From the NCBI GenBank assembly GCA_963669175.1, contig OY769902.1, forward strand, positions 3,328,001-3,392,000: a DNA stretch of 64,000 nucleotides. The letters run 5' to 3'. Position 1 is the first letter of the stretch, and every line of letters begins with the position of its first letter. The notes beneath the pieces are model-generated. The model was not told where the DNA came from. It did not search any database and worked only from the letters and a program-made list of their open reading frames with translations. The DNA is from a bacterium (lineage in GTDB: Bacteria > Electryoneota > Electryoneia > Electryoneales > Electryoneaceae). Shown here in pieces: positions 18,027 to 29,369 of this stretch. Made by a program: the position numbers and the translations under genes.

Positions 18027-18722
18027 TCATTTTTTCTTCCGTCTGAACAGAATTCGGCTAACCGACAATAACGCCCCGAGAACCATAGCGGCGATGAACA
18101 AGTAGTATCGTGATTCACCGGAGGTCAGGATCGGGACGGCAACATATCCCTGAAAAATCACCAGGCTAAGAAAGAGAACCGCAGCAGTAATCCGCTTTCT
18201 GTAGGGCGCCATAAGACTGCCGAACCAGACAAACACATATCCCGTTGCAAACCTTCCCAGCGTTGTCGCGAACACTTTGTACCAGTACGGCAGGTCATTT
18301 GTCGCCTTGACGACAGGCATGGCCAGTGTAAAGAAAATGATGTTGAAGACAATAATCGATACTGCGATGGAAACGGGGAGAAGGGTTGTCCAGCGAACAA
18401 TAGCTATCCAACTGACTCGCCGGTTTTCATCTTCAGCTTCATTTGTTGACGTCTTGGTCGCTGTGTTATAGTTCGCACTTGCAGATTGATCCGTCTCCCT
18501 GTCAACCACTGTCGTTCGATAGGAACCATCCTTCAAGACATTATAAGCTGCGGTGATCTCTTTCAGTTTCTCCTGGGCTTTCAGTTGTAGTTCGGGATCG
18601 CCGGGGAAACGGTCTGGATGCCACACTTTCACGAGGTCATGATAGGCGGTGCGTATGGTGTCTGCATCCGAGTTCGGTCGAATTCCCAGTACCTGGTATG
18701 CTTTTACGTGTGGATCTGTCAT
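18027..18722 (-). CDS. J-domain membrane protein
   Basis: YQVLGI...WHPDRF...I.AAY.VL J domain followed by 4 TM segments. Confidence 0.85.
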   Translation of the reverse strand: MTDPHVKAYQVLGIRPNSDADTIRTAYHDLVKVWHPDRFPGDPELQLKAQEKLKEITAAYNVLKDGSYRTTVVDRETDQSASANYNTATKTSTNEAEDENRRVSWIAIVRWTTLLPVSIAVSIIVFNIIFFTLAMPVVKATNDLPYWYKVFATTLGRFATGYVFVWFGSLMAPYRKRITAAVLFLSLVIFQGYVAVPILTSGESRYYLFIAAMVLGALLSVSRILFRRKKK

Positions 18723-18757
18723 CAGCTCCGTTCAGCTTTCAATCGTTTAAATCTGGT

Positions 18758-19978
18758 TTACCACCCGGCAATCCATGAAAAGCCAACGCCAATAGTCAGG
18801 TTTGAAGCCCTGGATTTTCCCATGTATGCGCTGCTGAATTCGTTTTGGATACCCGATAAATTGTCCAGCGTCAACCAGTTGTAGTCAATGTAGGGTTCAA
18901 TAATAAAGTGCTTTGCCAGTATTACTGTACCGGCCGTGATACCCGTTTTATAACTTTGGCGCTTTTCTATCGACTGGTTGTAAGGTATGGCAACCTCTTC
19001 GTTATAGAAACCCAAGCGTATGGGAGTGTCTGCTCGCCATTCTGCAGCAATTCTGAAGGCAAATCCAAGGTCACAGTTAAAGGAGTATTCCTGTCCCTGC
19101 GTCTCAGATTTCATGTTGCCCCAATCACGAGTCTGAAGCTCGGCGTAAAGAAAGAGTTTCGACCAGGGACGAGCCTGTATGCCAACACCGGTCATTGCGG
19201 GCAACCGGTAAACAGCATCCGTATATAAGGGCAGGCTGTTGGATGTTGACGTTTCACCAGTACTGTACGCAAGGAAATTTGATATTTTCATCCTGTACCT
19301 GGGACGTACGATAAAACTAATCATCACATCCTTATGCAATTGCCCATACAGCCCGAAAGTAAACATTGTCATCTTTACATCGCAGGTATTTCCCAGTCTT
19401 TGCCCCGGAACCAGCAGGTAATATTCACGCTTCATCTCCTCAGCCAGCGTATGTGCTACGGACACACCAAAAGCGAGTCGGCTGGAAGCAGCGTATGAAA
19501 TCCCAACCCCGCCCAGATGAAGGCCGTTTTCATAGGTTATGTCCTGATCATTCAGGAAGGAATCGTCACCACGATACTCGATACGTGTATTCAGATCAAC
19601 ATAGCGCTGGTATCCTGCCGCCAGAATGATCCGTTGGGTTTCGTCGCGCATGATTATAGGATATGCGAAAGACAAGCTGTTAAAACGAAATCCCTCCTCG
19701 TGAATCGAAGTAAGGCTGTTTGCGCCTGATTTGTGGTCGATATTACCACTTACATAGGAAGCGCTGGTGTTTACCATATAACTGTACACGGTGCCGAGTA
19801 GACCGGGATTACAGAATAAGGCATTGCCCCCAGATGAAGTTAATGTCTCTGTTTTACCTAGTGAACGGCAACGCGCATCCTGGGGAATTGTCTCAAAAAT
19901 CTGGTATTGTGCCAGGGAATGTGACACCGAAAGCAGGAGATAGCATACCAGAATACTACAAAACAGCCTGTTCATCAT
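18758..19978 (-). CDS. Outer-membrane beta-barrel, FadL/OmpP1/PorV-like
   Basis: Signal peptide; AR..SLG...ALFCNPGLL hatch motif; aromatic C-terminal strand; GGAGG RBS before ATG 19978. Confidence 0.72.
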   Translation of the reverse strand: MMNRLFCSILVCYLLLSVSHSLAQYQIFETIPQDARCRSLGKTETLTSSGGNALFCNPGLLGTVYSYMVNTSASYVSGNIDHKSGANSLTSIHEEGFRFNSLSFAYPIIMRDETQRIILAAGYQRYVDLNTRIEYRGDDSFLNDQDITYENGLHLGGVGISYAASSRLAFGVSVAHTLAEEMKREYYLLVPGQRLGNTCDVKMTMFTFGLYGQLHKDVMISFIVRPRYRMKISNFLAYSTGETSTSNSLPLYTDAVYRLPAMTGVGIQARPWSKLFLYAELQTRDWGNMKSETQGQEYSFNCDLGFAFRIAAEWRADTPIRLGFYNEEVAIPYNQSIEKRQSYKTGITAGTVILAKHFIIEPYIDYNWLTLDNLSGIQNEFSSAYMGKSRASNLTIGVGFSWIAGW

Positions 19979-20203
19979 TACCTCCCGATATTGAACGGTA
20001 AAAGAAGCTATCCGTATTCCCATGTAATTGCAACGATATCTGCAATGAACCAGTGAAAATTGTGATTCTGTCTCTCTAACTGTTGCAAAAAGACCACAGT
20101 ATGCAGCACAATAACAGGTGCGCATGCACGAATCCAGAGAGTATGATTCGTTGGATACTGGCATTCCATTGAAATAGTCAATTTTTACAGCTTTATGCGT
20201 TAC

Positions 20204-20219
20204 AGGCATCCCGTTTGCA
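20204..20219 (+). promoter_or_regulatory. sigma54 (-24/-12) promoter
   Basis: AGGCATCCCGTTTGCA has correct GG-N10-GC spacing, 40 bp upstream of 20260; a sigma54 activator gene follows. Confidence 0.6.
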
Positions 20220-20259
20220 CTTGATAATCCAAACGTAACCAGGGAAGAGGAAGAACAAC

Positions 20260-21750
20260 ATGAAGAGATTATTATCAGGGGCGATCCTTGTGTTGCTGGC
20301 TGTTTCGTTTGTCCAGGCTCAGGGCGACTTGGAGCGTTCGGACAAAATGACACTGTTTGTGTACCCGGTTCAGTACGGGAAGCATGCACAGAATGTGACG
20401 CACAATCGCAAAGAATGGACGCAAAAAGAGTTTTACGAAATATTCGTCCTCACCTTTCAGCGCTTTGATTTTATCACCCTCCCTGAAAGCACCAACTTGA
20501 GTGAGTTCGTTACGGATGCTTCAGGTTACATGGACTCCCATGCAAAGGAGATGGTGCAGAAGCGGAATGAGGAAGATGGGCGTATTGGGGAAACCCTTGT
20601 GACCCTTGATGATCTCAAGAACACTATACAGAACAGCTACCTGTTTGTGCCAAAATTCAACCGGGTGAAACAGGAAAAGGATGATGACGGCAACACCTAT
20701 TTCGAGATGGAAATCGAAATGGAAGTGTATCGTGTCATTGATGGTGAGAAACTGACAACCCTTCATGTTGGCGCCGGTAGTGTCGGGACACTGTTTGGCA
20801 CCATTATGAATATCACGGCCAATGCGGTCAGTGATGTGGAATCTGTGTATCAGAATACCGTTTCAGGCTATTTCGAGGAACTGAAAACCAGCATTCGTAA
20901 AATGGACGAGTTCAGTCTCAAAGCGCTGGTTACCATGTCCAATTACAACAGCTTCCATTTTGACCTGGGCAAAGATTTCGGCGTTCGTCTTGATGGACGT
21001 TATAAAGTTTGGCGATTGAATGCTGAAGGCGAGCGTGTGCGCATGCTGGCTTTTGGGAAAGTCCGTGATATTGAAGAAAACTCCAGCCGTGCCCAGATCC
21101 TCATCGGAGGCGCGACCTGGGGTGACCAGGTCGTTGAGGCTGCGGCCATCGGGCTGAATATTGTCCCCATCGTCGGCGCGATCCCGATGGAACTCAAGGG
21201 CTTCGACCAGTTCGCAGATGGAGCACATTACCGCTTGCCAGACGGGAACGACTACGGCGCTGTGGTCTGGGCCTTGCCGGAAGATTCCAAAGGATATCGG
21301 GCTTCAATTGGGATCAGCCTTGAATACAATACTGCCTGGATCACGGGTATCAGCGAATTGTACCTGATGGCGGAAGGAAGCTGGGTGCCGGTTTCAAACA
21401 TGTTTGTCTATAACGGTAATATCGGCCTGGAGAAGAAGTACTATTTCCGCCGTTTCGGCCTGTTCGGTATTGTGAAACTCGGTGTACTCGGTATTGATTT
21501 TATGGAAACAGAAATCAAAGGCGATGATTATGTTGATGCCAGTGATGCCAGTGTTATCGGTATTGGCGGCGATCTTGGCGCAGAAGTAATTCTTACACCA
21601 AATGTATCACTGCAAGGACGCCTTGGCTGGTATGGATTCCCGGAACAGCATGTGATTTCGGCGATCAGTTTTAATGACGGCGAACTGCATCATGCTTCTG
21701 TTCGATCCGTTGGCTTAACCTACAAAGTTGCAGTCCTGATTACGTTGTAA
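20260..21750 (+). CDS. Exported hypothetical protein with probable C-terminal beta-barrel
   Basis: Signal peptide (VQA-Q); [10 protein letters not shown] motif like FlgT-C; amphipathic strands in the C-terminal part. Confidence 0.65.
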   Translation: MKRLLSGAILVLLAVSFVQAQGDLERSDKMTLFVYPVQYGKHAQNVTHNRKEWTQKEFYEIFVLTFQRFDFITLPESTNLSEFVTDASGYMDSHAKEMVQKRNEEDGRIGETLVTLDDLKNTIQNSYLFVPKFNRVKQEKDDDGNTYFEMEIEMEVYRVIDGEKLTTLHVGAGSVGTLFGTIMNITANAVSDVESVYQNTVSGYFEELKTSIRKMDEFSLKALVTMSNYNSFHFDLGKDFGVRLDGRYKVWRLNAEGERVRMLAFGKVRDIEENSSRAQILIGGATWGDQVVEAAAIGLNIVPIVGAIPMELKGFDQFADGAHYRLPDGNDYGAVVWALPEDSKGYRASIGISLEYNTAWITGISELYLMAEGSWVPVSNMFVYNGNIGLEKKYYFRRFGLFGIVKLGVLGIDFMETEIKGDDYVDASDASVIGIGGDLGAEVILTPNVSLQGRLGWYGFPEQHVISAISFNDGELHHASVRSVGLTYKVAVLITL

Positions 21751-21794
21751 GAGTAGATCCTGTATTTTTCATCTTGAAAGTTGAAGAGGAAACC

Positions 21795-23159
21795 ATGAAA
21801 GACTCACCGATACGAATTGGAATCATTGACGATGAGAAGAACATTCGCCGAACTCTTAGAATGGTGCTGGAAGGCGAGGGATATAAAGTCTGGGAAGGAG
21901 AATCATGCAAAGAGGGGCGAAATAAAATCAAGCAGGAAGAAACAGATGCTGTTCTGCTTGATATGCAGCTTCCGGACGGAGATGGCCTTGACCTGTTAAA
22001 AGAACTTCGACAGGCGCTCCCCGGTTTACCAGTGGTAATGATCAGTGGTCATGGCACCCTGGAACATGCCGTGGAAGCCACCAAACGCGGCGCATATGAT
22101 TTCCTTGAGAAGCCGATCGACCGGTCACGCCTGTTGGTGACGATGAAAAACGCGCTTGAAGTGAGCGGCTTGCGTCGCGAATTGCTGCGTGTTGCGGCAG
22201 GCGGCGAGATGGTGGGTGAATCTCCGCAGATGGAGAATGTGCGTGCCTGGGTGCAGCGTGTTGCGCCTACCGACAGTCGTGTCCTGATCCTCGGTGAATC
22301 CGGAACCGGCAAGGAACTGGTTGCACGTGCTATCCATGAGGGCTCGATCAGGCAGGATCAACCATTTGTGAAGGTGAACTGCGCCGCAATCCCGCGCGAG
22401 CTGGTTGAGAGTGTACTGTTTGGTCATGTCAAAGGCGCGTTTACCGGTGCATTGAAGGATAAGATTGGCACGTTCAAACAGGCGGACGGTGGCACCCTTT
22501 TCCTGGACGAGATTGCAGACATGGGGCTGGAAGCCCAGGCGAAGGTGTTGCGCGTTTTACAGGAAGGTGAATTTGAACCTGTTGGCGCATCGAAGACAGA
22601 GAAGGTGAATGTCCGTGTTATTGCCGCTACGCATCGTGATTTGAAAGATGAAGTGGATGAAGGCCGTTTCCGTGATGATCTCTATTACAGGCTGGCAGTT
22701 TTAGTGCTTGATCTTCCGGCATTGCGGGAACGAGAAGGTGACGTTGCTGTATTGACTCGGTATTTCTTCCAGGATTTCCACGCGAATGGCCTGCCGCGTA
22801 GAAGAGTAAGCCCGCAGGCGATGTCGCTGCTGAGCAGGTATTCCTGGCCAGGCAACATCAGACAGCTACGTAATGTTGTGGAACGAATGGCTATTCTTGC
22901 CAGCCAGGAGGAAGTGGGTGTCGATGATCTTCCCCATGAAATCCAGGAAGCTGCAGGAGTGGCGACAGCATCCAGTGGAAGCGGCCCTTTGATGCCTATA
23001 GGAACTCCACTGGCTGATGTTCGCAATGAGGCGGAAAGACAATATCTTGAAAGAGTTCTGGATCATACGGACTGGAATGTTAGCGAAGCGGCACGTATTG
23101 CTGGAGTTGAGCGAACTCATTTACACAAGAAACTGAATTCGCTTGGCCTGAAAAGATAG
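21795..23159 (+). CDS. sigma54-dependent response regulator (NtrC/NtrX family)
   Basis: Receiver (IIDDE, LLD, EKP); GESGTGKE; GAFTGA; LFLDEI; WPGNIRQL; Fis-type HTH. Confidence 0.95.
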   Translation: MKDSPIRIGIIDDEKNIRRTLRMVLEGEGYKVWEGESCKEGRNKIKQEETDAVLLDMQLPDGDGLDLLKELRQALPGLPVVMISGHGTLEHAVEATKRGAYDFLEKPIDRSRLLVTMKNALEVSGLRRELLRVAAGGEMVGESPQMENVRAWVQRVAPTDSRVLILGESGTGKELVARAIHEGSIRQDQPFVKVNCAAIPRELVESVLFGHVKGAFTGALKDKIGTFKQADGGTLFLDEIADMGLEAQAKVLRVLQEGEFEPVGASKTEKVNVRVIAATHRDLKDEVDEGRFRDDLYYRLAVLVLDLPALREREGDVAVLTRYFFQDFHANGLPRRRVSPQAMSLLSRYSWPGNIRQLRNVVERMAILASQEEVGVDDLPHEIQEAAGVATASSGSGPLMPIGTPLADVRNEAERQYLERVLDHTDWNVSEAARIAGVERTHLHKKLNSLGLKR

Positions 23160-23292
23160 TGATTTGAAACAACATTTTGCCTGCATATCGATTGTAAGCT
23201 GTATACAGGCTGCGATATGAGTGTCCGGTGGATCTGCAAGTCCACCGGTTCATGTCTCATAGAAAAACGAGTTCGGAAAAGGGGGTAGGGAG

Positions 23293-24060
23293 ATGAGTCA
23301 AGCATGCCGGTGGTTCAGTTTATTGGCCATGTCATTAGTTCTGGTTTTTACAATTGGATGTGAAGACAGCGAAGATAATCCAGTAGATGTAAGTGTTGAT
23401 CCGGAAACAGAAGAACTCCTGGCAATTGCAGATGATGTGAGCTCATTACTTACAGATCCGCAGGGAGGCCTTATCGCGTATTGGAACCTCGATGAAGAAA
23501 GCATGATTGATACAAGCTTTACTCGTGACGGGATGACCTATACTTTCGACCACACGTTCTATGATGAGAACAACAATGGTTCAGAGATTTATATTCCCGG
23601 CGAAACGGTGAAAGCATCACGTGAAACAACGATAACAGGAACAATACAAACTGATTATAGAGATGTTGAACTTGAGCATATCGGTAATCTTGTAATTGAA
23701 GGTATTGCCCCGACAAGTACTGAACGGATAGTATATGACTACGGTGAGAGGACAGTTGAAGGAACAGTTACACCGCAGGAAAGTGTAATTGATGTTGATG
23801 TTAAATTGAAGCACGATTGGAGCGCTGAAAATATCAATATTCAAAGCAATATTGAATCACCATACCCCGTCGGTGACATGGATCTGCTTACAGAATTGAC
23901 AAAAGAAGTTGGCACAGGCGCAGCCTCGGCAGATATAACAATAGACATCACAAGTGAGATTCAATTTGATGGAACGCAATATGCTTACGTTGAAATGGAA
24001 TATTTCGGTGGTTTTTGGATTGATTTGGAATCGGGCCAGGTATTGACAGAACAGCCCTGA
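23293..24060 (+). CDS. Acidic lipoprotein, unknown function
   Basis: Lipobox TIG-C followed by an acidic linker. Confidence 0.75.
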   Translation: MSQACRWFSLLAMSLVLVFTIGCEDSEDNPVDVSVDPETEELLAIADDVSSLLTDPQGGLIAYWNLDEESMIDTSFTRDGMTYTFDHTFYDENNNGSEIYIPGETVKASRETTITGTIQTDYRDVELEHIGNLVIEGIAPTSTERIVYDYGERTVEGTVTPQESVIDVDVKLKHDWSAENINIQSNIESPYPVGDMDLLTELTKEVGTGAASADITIDITSEIQFDGTQYAYVEMEYFGGFWIDLESGQVLTEQP

Positions 24061-24504
24061 GTCATCCGTTAGAATAGATGCTTTTAATAGAAATACGCTT
24101 CACTAACTTACTTAAATATAGTAATATGAACTTGTATTGTGATGGCTTTTTCCCTGGGGTACATGTGGAGCATAAGACTGCCGTATTCACTGTATCACGC
24201 GTTGCGTAGTGTGAAAGATGCTTATGGAAACTGCAAACAAATATGCGAGTTTTTACTTCTATGGTTTGTGCTTATTTGCGATCATGACATACATCACAGG
24301 GTGCGTTTCATAAATACTATAAATTATTTCCAAAGTATTGTTTCGTTGTTTCCAATAAACACCGTTGTTTCAAGGTATGTGAATCAATAGAAACAATTGC
24401 AAAAAGAAAAAGTCTTGAAACAGTTTCTTTTACAAAGTGCAGGTTGTTAATAGCACTAGTCCGTAGTGAAAGAGAAGAATAGAGAACAATATTTCGATTT
24501 CTTA

Positions 24505-24533
24505 TTGACACTGATGTTGTTCGGCTATATTTT
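24505..24533 (+). promoter_or_regulatory. sigma70-type promoter
   Basis: TTGACA-17 bp-TATTTT upstream of 24577. Confidence 0.6.
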
Positions 24534-24576
24534 AGGCTCTGTAGCGATTGTATTCATTTTTGCAAGGAGATGTATT

Positions 24577-24810
24577 ATGCAGCATGTAAGCGACCGGAAG
24601 TACGCAGAAGAGATGGGCCTGGACCTGGAACAGGTTCGTAAGCTCATCAAGCGTTTGGACATCGCCTTCTTCTCCAGCGGCAAGGGCGACTCGATGGTGT
24701 ATATGTTTAACCCCGCCGAGTTGGACTCCAAGATCGCCGATCTGAAGAGCGACAAAAAAGCGCGTAAGCGTGGACCGCGGAAGAAGAGGGGCGCGAAGAA
24801 AGCTGAGTAA
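24577..24810 (+). CDS. Small basic DNA-binding protein (excisionase/MerR-like HTH plus K/R tail)
   Basis: AAGGAG RBS; YAEEMGLDLEQVRKL HTH-like segment; tail KKARKRGPRKKRGAKK; own promoter and terminator. Confidence 0.7.
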   Translation: MQHVSDRKYAEEMGLDLEQVRKLIKRLDIAFFSSGKGDSMVYMFNPAELDSKIADLKSDKKARKRGPRKKRGAKKAE

Positions 24811-24836
24811 ATTCTTTCGCTTCCAGAGAAGTATCT

Positions 24837-24864
24837 AACCGGTGTCGTAAGGCGCCGGTTTTTT
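24837..24864. terminator. Intrinsic terminator
   Basis: AACCGGTGTC-GTAA-GGCGCCGGTT followed by TTTT. Confidence 0.75.
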
Positions 24865-26335
24865 ATTGCGGTGGAATGACCAGGTCAACGCGGTAGGCAG
24901 CATGGTCACCGGTTGCGATAGAATCGATTACAGAGGCGTTTTGCGCGCCAGCAAATCCACGTGACAATACCTGGTCAATTCGAAAAATGGGACGGCTTCG
25001 TGTCCAGGTGCCTCCAAGCCCAACCCCAGCAGTCAGCCAGGCATCTTCGAGTGGATCCTGAAGGTATTTTACGATTCTTTCTGTCGGAGTCGCATTCATA
25101 TCACCCATAACTATTGTCGGCATATTGGTTGTATCAACTACTGAGGCAATAGTTTGCGCCTGGTTGGCACGCAGGCCGGCACTGACTATCAAGCCTCGCA
25201 TCAAACCGAACCGCTGCCTGTTATTGGACTCAAGGTGAACAGGTATCACACGCACTTTGCCACCGTTTACCTTGACATCGGCAACGAGAATTTGCCGCCA
25301 TCCATCGTCAAATGAATCCATCAACAAGGTTTTTACCGTGTCTATACGGCCCTTGCTCAGGAGAAGCACACCCATTCCAGCGTCATCTCGCAACTGGGTA
25401 AATACGGCTTCGTATCCCAGTTTTCTGGCTTCGATAATGACTGAATCAACATGCAGGGCATATAACTCCTGTATAGAGGCAATATCAATTGATTCATCGG
25501 ACAAGTAGCGCAGGAAAGCGCCAGGCCAGGTTATTGCAGTATTCAGCGTGGCGACTTTTAGTGTCGGAGTATCCTGATCAATATTCACTTTCGCAGTATG
25601 GAAAGGCACCATCGTGACAATTTCCCATACCAGGATTCCCGCGACAGCAAGCGTTCCCGCACCACGCAACCAGCGTCTTATCACAAAACTGAAGACCATG
25701 AAAGCAAGGAGCAGGACAAGTATGCCCATTCTGATCAACTGGTTCCCGATTGCCCATTCAATCTGGATCAGGAATGATCCGGGGATATAGCGCAGAAGTA
25801 CGAAAGCTGCTACGGTCAAAAGCCCCATATCCAGGATGAACCGGGTTTCTAATGTGAATGCTTTTTTCTTCTTTGACCGGTGATGGTGGGTTGCCTTTTT
25901 ATGGCCCGCTCCGTTATTGCGTCGGTCTATATAGGAGCGTTGCTCCATATGAGCAGGCAAACGCCATCGTGTGGAGCGCCTGTCAGTCCCTCTATGATCT
26001 TCAGTCGGAGGTGTTACTATTGGTTGCGCTGGTAACTCTGGGGGAGCGCTGAAATCAGCTTGAACATCTTTCGCAGACTGTTGTGGTTCAGAGATTGTTG
26101 TAACAGTGCGTGTAGATGCAACCTTGGGCGGTTCGGAGCGGGGAGGACGTTCTTTGGACTTCACTTCCGGTTTGGCCGAAGGTGTTCCCGGGGGCGCCCC
26201 AGGAACCTGCATGTTTTCGGCGGATTTGCTCAGTTTGCCACTGAGAACAGTCGTATCCGCCCGCATCCAGGATGGTAGCCCCTCGTCCTCGTCGTCATCA
26301 TACGACGAGTTGTTTGCGTCCTCCCATTCGCTCAC
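24863..26335 (-). CDS. Endonuclease/exonuclease/phosphatase family membrane protein with disordered N-terminus
   Basis: ATLN, SIQE, VHLES, MGDMN, RIDQV and GDH motifs; 3 TM segments; overlaps the leuS stop. Confidence 0.85.
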   Translation of the reverse strand: MSEWEDANNSSYDDDEDEGLPSWMRADTTVLSGKLSKSAENMQVPGAPPGTPSAKPEVKSKERPPRSEPPKVASTRTVTTISEPQQSAKDVQADFSAPPELPAQPIVTPPTEDHRGTDRRSTRWRLPAHMEQRSYIDRRNNGAGHKKATHHHRSKKKKAFTLETRFILDMGLLTVAAFVLLRYIPGSFLIQIEWAIGNQLIRMGILVLLLAFMVFSFVIRRWLRGAGTLAVAGILVWEIVTMVPFHTAKVNIDQDTPTLKVATLNTAITWPGAFLRYLSDESIDIASIQELYALHVDSVIIEARKLGYEAVFTQLRDDAGMGVLLLSKGRIDTVKTLLMDSFDDGWRQILVADVKVNGGKVRVIPVHLESNNRQRFGLMRGLIVSAGLRANQAQTIASVVDTTNMPTIVMGDMNATPTERIVKYLQDPLEDAWLTAGVGLGGTWTRSRPIFRIDQVLSRGFAGAQNASVIDSIATGDHAAYRVDLVIPPQ

Positions 26336-28821
26336 GTAATCACCAGGTTCACCAGTTTGCCGGGTACCACGATCGCTTTACGCAATGTTCCCTCTGAAAG
26401 ATAGGATTGCACCTTGTCCGATGCCATTGCCATCGTCTTTAAAGTTTCATTGTCAGTATCGGATGGAGCCTCTATACGGTCACGAACTTTCCCATTGACC
26501 TGAACAATCAATGTTACCGTCTTCTGCAGCAATGCTTCTTCTTCAAACTCCGGCCATTTCACGGTAAAGATGCTTTCCTTGCCACCTAAACGCTGCCAGG
26601 CTTCTTCTGAGAAGTGGGGTGCAAAAGGCGCCAACACTGTAACCAAAGTTTGAATCAGGCGCTTTGCTGCTTCCTGATCTACCTTTGAGTCCTGCACATC
26701 TCCGCCGACCCAATGGTAAATCTCGTTCACCAATTCCATCATACGGCTGATAGCTGTGTTGAAAGCAAAATTGTTCAGATCTTCGCCAACAGATTTGATC
26801 GTATGGTGAAGAGTGCGATACAATTCTTTTGGATAATCAGCTTTCTGGGGAATGCCTGTATCCAGAGCGCCGTCACCGAAATGAGTGACCAGCCGCCAGA
26901 TGCGATTGATAAAACGGTCGATGCCCGTAATACCTTCATCGGACCAGTCGCCGCCTTCACGATAGTCACCCATGAACATCAGGTACATGCGGAAGACATC
27001 TGAGCCGTAATTCGCAACGAAATCGTCCGGATTCACTACGTTGCCCTTGGATTTCGACATCTTGATACCACCATGCTTGATCACGCCCTGGTGGATCAGT
27101 TTTTTCGCCGGTTCCTCAACCGGGCTGATGCCGAGCTCATGCAGGAATCGCGTAATAAACCGGAAGTAAATCAAATGTCCGGTTGAATGGTCTGCACCGC
27201 CTACATATACATCTATCGGCATCCAGTTCTTTAGTCTTTCGATATCGAATGCCTCTCCAGTTTTGTCCGAAGAGAGGTAACGCAGATGATAGAAGGATGA
27301 GCAGACGTAGGTGTCCATGGTGTCAGGATCACGTCTTGCAGGACCACCACATTCCGGGCAGGTGACATTCATATACTCATCAACAGCGCCGAGCGGAGAA
27401 GTGCCCTTGGGACGGAATTCCTTCACGTTATCCGGCAACTGGACGGGAAGATCCTTTTCCGGGACAGGAACCACGCCGCATTTATCGCAGTAAATGACAG
27501 GAATCGGAGCGCCCCAGTAACGCTGACGGCTGATCGACCAGTCACGCATGCGATACGTAACCGCCAAACCACCCTGGTTGCGGTCTTCCAGTTTCTCGCA
27601 GATGACCTTCTTCGCAACTTCGCTTTGCAATCCGTTAAAATTGCTCGAGTTGACCATCATACCCGGTTCGGTATACGCTTCACGCATCTCTTCCGGTTCG
27701 AGCATCTCGTGGGGGGGACGGATCACCACTTCCATGGGCAGGCTGTATTTCTCGGCAAATTCAAAATCACGCTGATCATGGGCCGGGACAGCCATTACCG
27801 CGCCAGTGCCGTAACTACCCAATACATAATCTCCGATCCAGATCGGGATTTTCTTGTCGGTGAAGGGATGACGGACATATGCGCCGGTGAAAACGCCGGT
27901 CTTTTCACGAGTGGTCGAGGTGCGTTCCACGTCGGTGGCACGCATCGCCTGCTCGATATACCCATTGACCGCTTCTTTCTGTTCCGCTGTGGTCAGGCTG
28001 GATACTAAAGGATGTTCCGGGGCCAGTACTATCCAGGTCACCCCGAAAACCGTGTCAGGGCGAGTGGTAAAGACTTCGATATACTCTTCCGGCATGGCGT
28101 CCAAAGCGAAACGGATGTTCGCACCTTCGCTACGGCCGATCCAGTTTTGCTGACGTTTGATCGTGCTTTCCGGCCAGTCGATATCGTTCAAGCCTTCGAG
28201 CAGCTTGTCGGCGTAATCCGTAATCCGGAAGTACCACTGCTTCATTTTCTTCTGTATAACAATATTCCCGCAACGTTCGCAGGAGCCGTCCTGTTGTACC
28301 TGTTCGTTGGCCAGTACAGTCTGGCAGGAGGTACACCAGTTGACCATGCCATCTTTCTGGTAGGCAAGGCCTTTTTTGTACAACTGCAGGAAAAGCCACT
28401 GAGTCCATTTGTAGTACTCCGGTCGGCTGGTGATTACGCTGTGATCCCAGTCGTACATCGCACCGATGGCGTATAGTTGTTCCTGGATGGACGCTATAGA
28501 AGACTCGGTCACTTCACGCGGGTGAGTGCCGACTTTAATCGCATAATTCTCCGCCGGAAGGCCGAAGGAATCGAAGCCCATGGGTTCGAAGACGTTACAG
28601 CCCTGCATACGCTTGAAACGTGCGAATGTATCTGTAGGCCCATAATTCCACCAGTGCCCGATATGCAGCTTGCTGGAGGAGGGGTAACTGAACATGACCA
28701 GTACGTACATCTTGTCGTCACCGGGGGCGTCCAGATCAACCTTATGCACGCCGGTGTCACGCCATGTTTGCTGCCACTTGGGCTCTACTTCCGAAAAGGG
28801 ATAACGATCCTCGGTACTCAT
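26332..28821 (-). CDS. leuS: Leucyl-tRNA synthetase
   Basis: LHIGH and KMSKS signatures; FTTRPDT editing domain; GTGAVMAVPAHDQRD; SRQRYWG; ATG at 28821. Confidence 0.98.
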   Translation of the reverse strand: MSTEDRYPFSEVEPKWQQTWRDTGVHKVDLDAPGDDKMYVLVMFSYPSSSKLHIGHWWNYGPTDTFARFKRMQGCNVFEPMGFDSFGLPAENYAIKVGTHPREVTESSIASIQEQLYAIGAMYDWDHSVITSRPEYYKWTQWLFLQLYKKGLAYQKDGMVNWCTSCQTVLANEQVQQDGSCERCGNIVIQKKMKQWYFRITDYADKLLEGLNDIDWPESTIKRQQNWIGRSEGANIRFALDAMPEEYIEVFTTRPDTVFGVTWIVLAPEHPLVSSLTTAEQKEAVNGYIEQAMRATDVERTSTTREKTGVFTGAYVRHPFTDKKIPIWIGDYVLGSYGTGAVMAVPAHDQRDFEFAEKYSLPMEVVIRPPHEMLEPEEMREAYTEPGMMVNSSNFNGLQSEVAKKVICEKLEDRNQGGLAVTYRMRDWSISRQRYWGAPIPVIYCDKCGVVPVPEKDLPVQLPDNVKEFRPKGTSPLGAVDEYMNVTCPECGGPARRDPDTMDTYVCSSFYHLRYLSSDKTGEAFDIERLKNWMPIDVYVGGADHSTGHLIYFRFITRFLHELGISPVEEPAKKLIHQGVIKHGGIKMSKSKGNVVNPDDFVANYGSDVFRMYLMFMGDYREGGDWSDEGITGIDRFINRIWRLVTHFGDGALDTGIPQKADYPKELYRTLHHTIKSVGEDLNNFAFNTAISRMMELVNEIYHWVGGDVQDSKVDQEAAKRLIQTLVTVLAPFAPHFSEEAWQRLGGKESIFTVKWPEFEEEALLQKTVTLIVQVNGKVRDRIEAPSDTDNETLKTMAMASDKVQSYLSEGTLRKAIVVPGKLVNLVIT

Positions 28822-29286
28822 CTTTGTGTCCTTCGTCCCGGTCAGGGTATGGGTAAAAAACTCTATATCTGTCTTCTTACGGGAATTGTTTACTCGCAAG
28901 AATCCTGCTTAACCTGCTAAGCTGCACGAAGTTAGGCGATTGATGCACCAAGCTCCATGAAGCAAAGAAAATACGGATACGCTCTGGAGGTTACAAGAGG
29001 CGAGAACATTCTGAGCATTTCACAATGAATACAAGCATAGCCCGGCCATGCCTGGCCGGGGATACCTGGACTTCATGCCATATGTAAGCGAGTCTGACCC
29101 GAATTGTGCGCCGAGGCGTACTACTTGCTGTCGGGAAAACAGGGGAACGTATGCAGCCTGTTTTATTCCGAAGCGCTCATGGGATATCACGTGGATAAAA
29201 GCTGTATCATAGTATTATTGCATATGTTCTTGTTTTAGGCAATGTCACTTGCGATTCGGGCCACCCTACAATAGTTTTCGACAAGA

Positions 29287-29320
29287 GCATCGCCCCTGTA
29301 CCTATCAACAGGGGCGATGC
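29287..29320 (-). terminator. Strong hairpin downstream of the T9SS cargo gene
   Basis: GCATCGCCCCTGT...ACAGGGGCGATGC perfect 13-bp stem. Confidence 0.7.
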
Positions 29321-29369
29321 TATATCAGTAAAGACCTTCTTTACCTTTTTTTTACTTTCTTTACTTTCT

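Noticed and set aside
19979-20389. Long N-terminal extension of the barrel ORF in the track (similar over-extensions at 8143, 17246, 50965, 53538)
   Set aside because: Downstream ATGs have RBSs and match family N-termini; the extensions overlap promoters or other genes.
23184-23250. Two inverted repeats between the regulator and lipoprotein genes
   Set aside because: No T-tract or known motif; function cannot be assigned.
24061-24500. 83-aa ORF in AT-rich gap
   Set aside because: No RBS and atypical composition; more likely regulatory DNA.
28900-29280. Possible T-box or ncRNA upstream of leuS (hairpin CCCGGCCA..TGGCCGGG at 29041-29060)
   Set aside because: No T-box consensus or recognisable RNA family; a single hairpin is insufficient.
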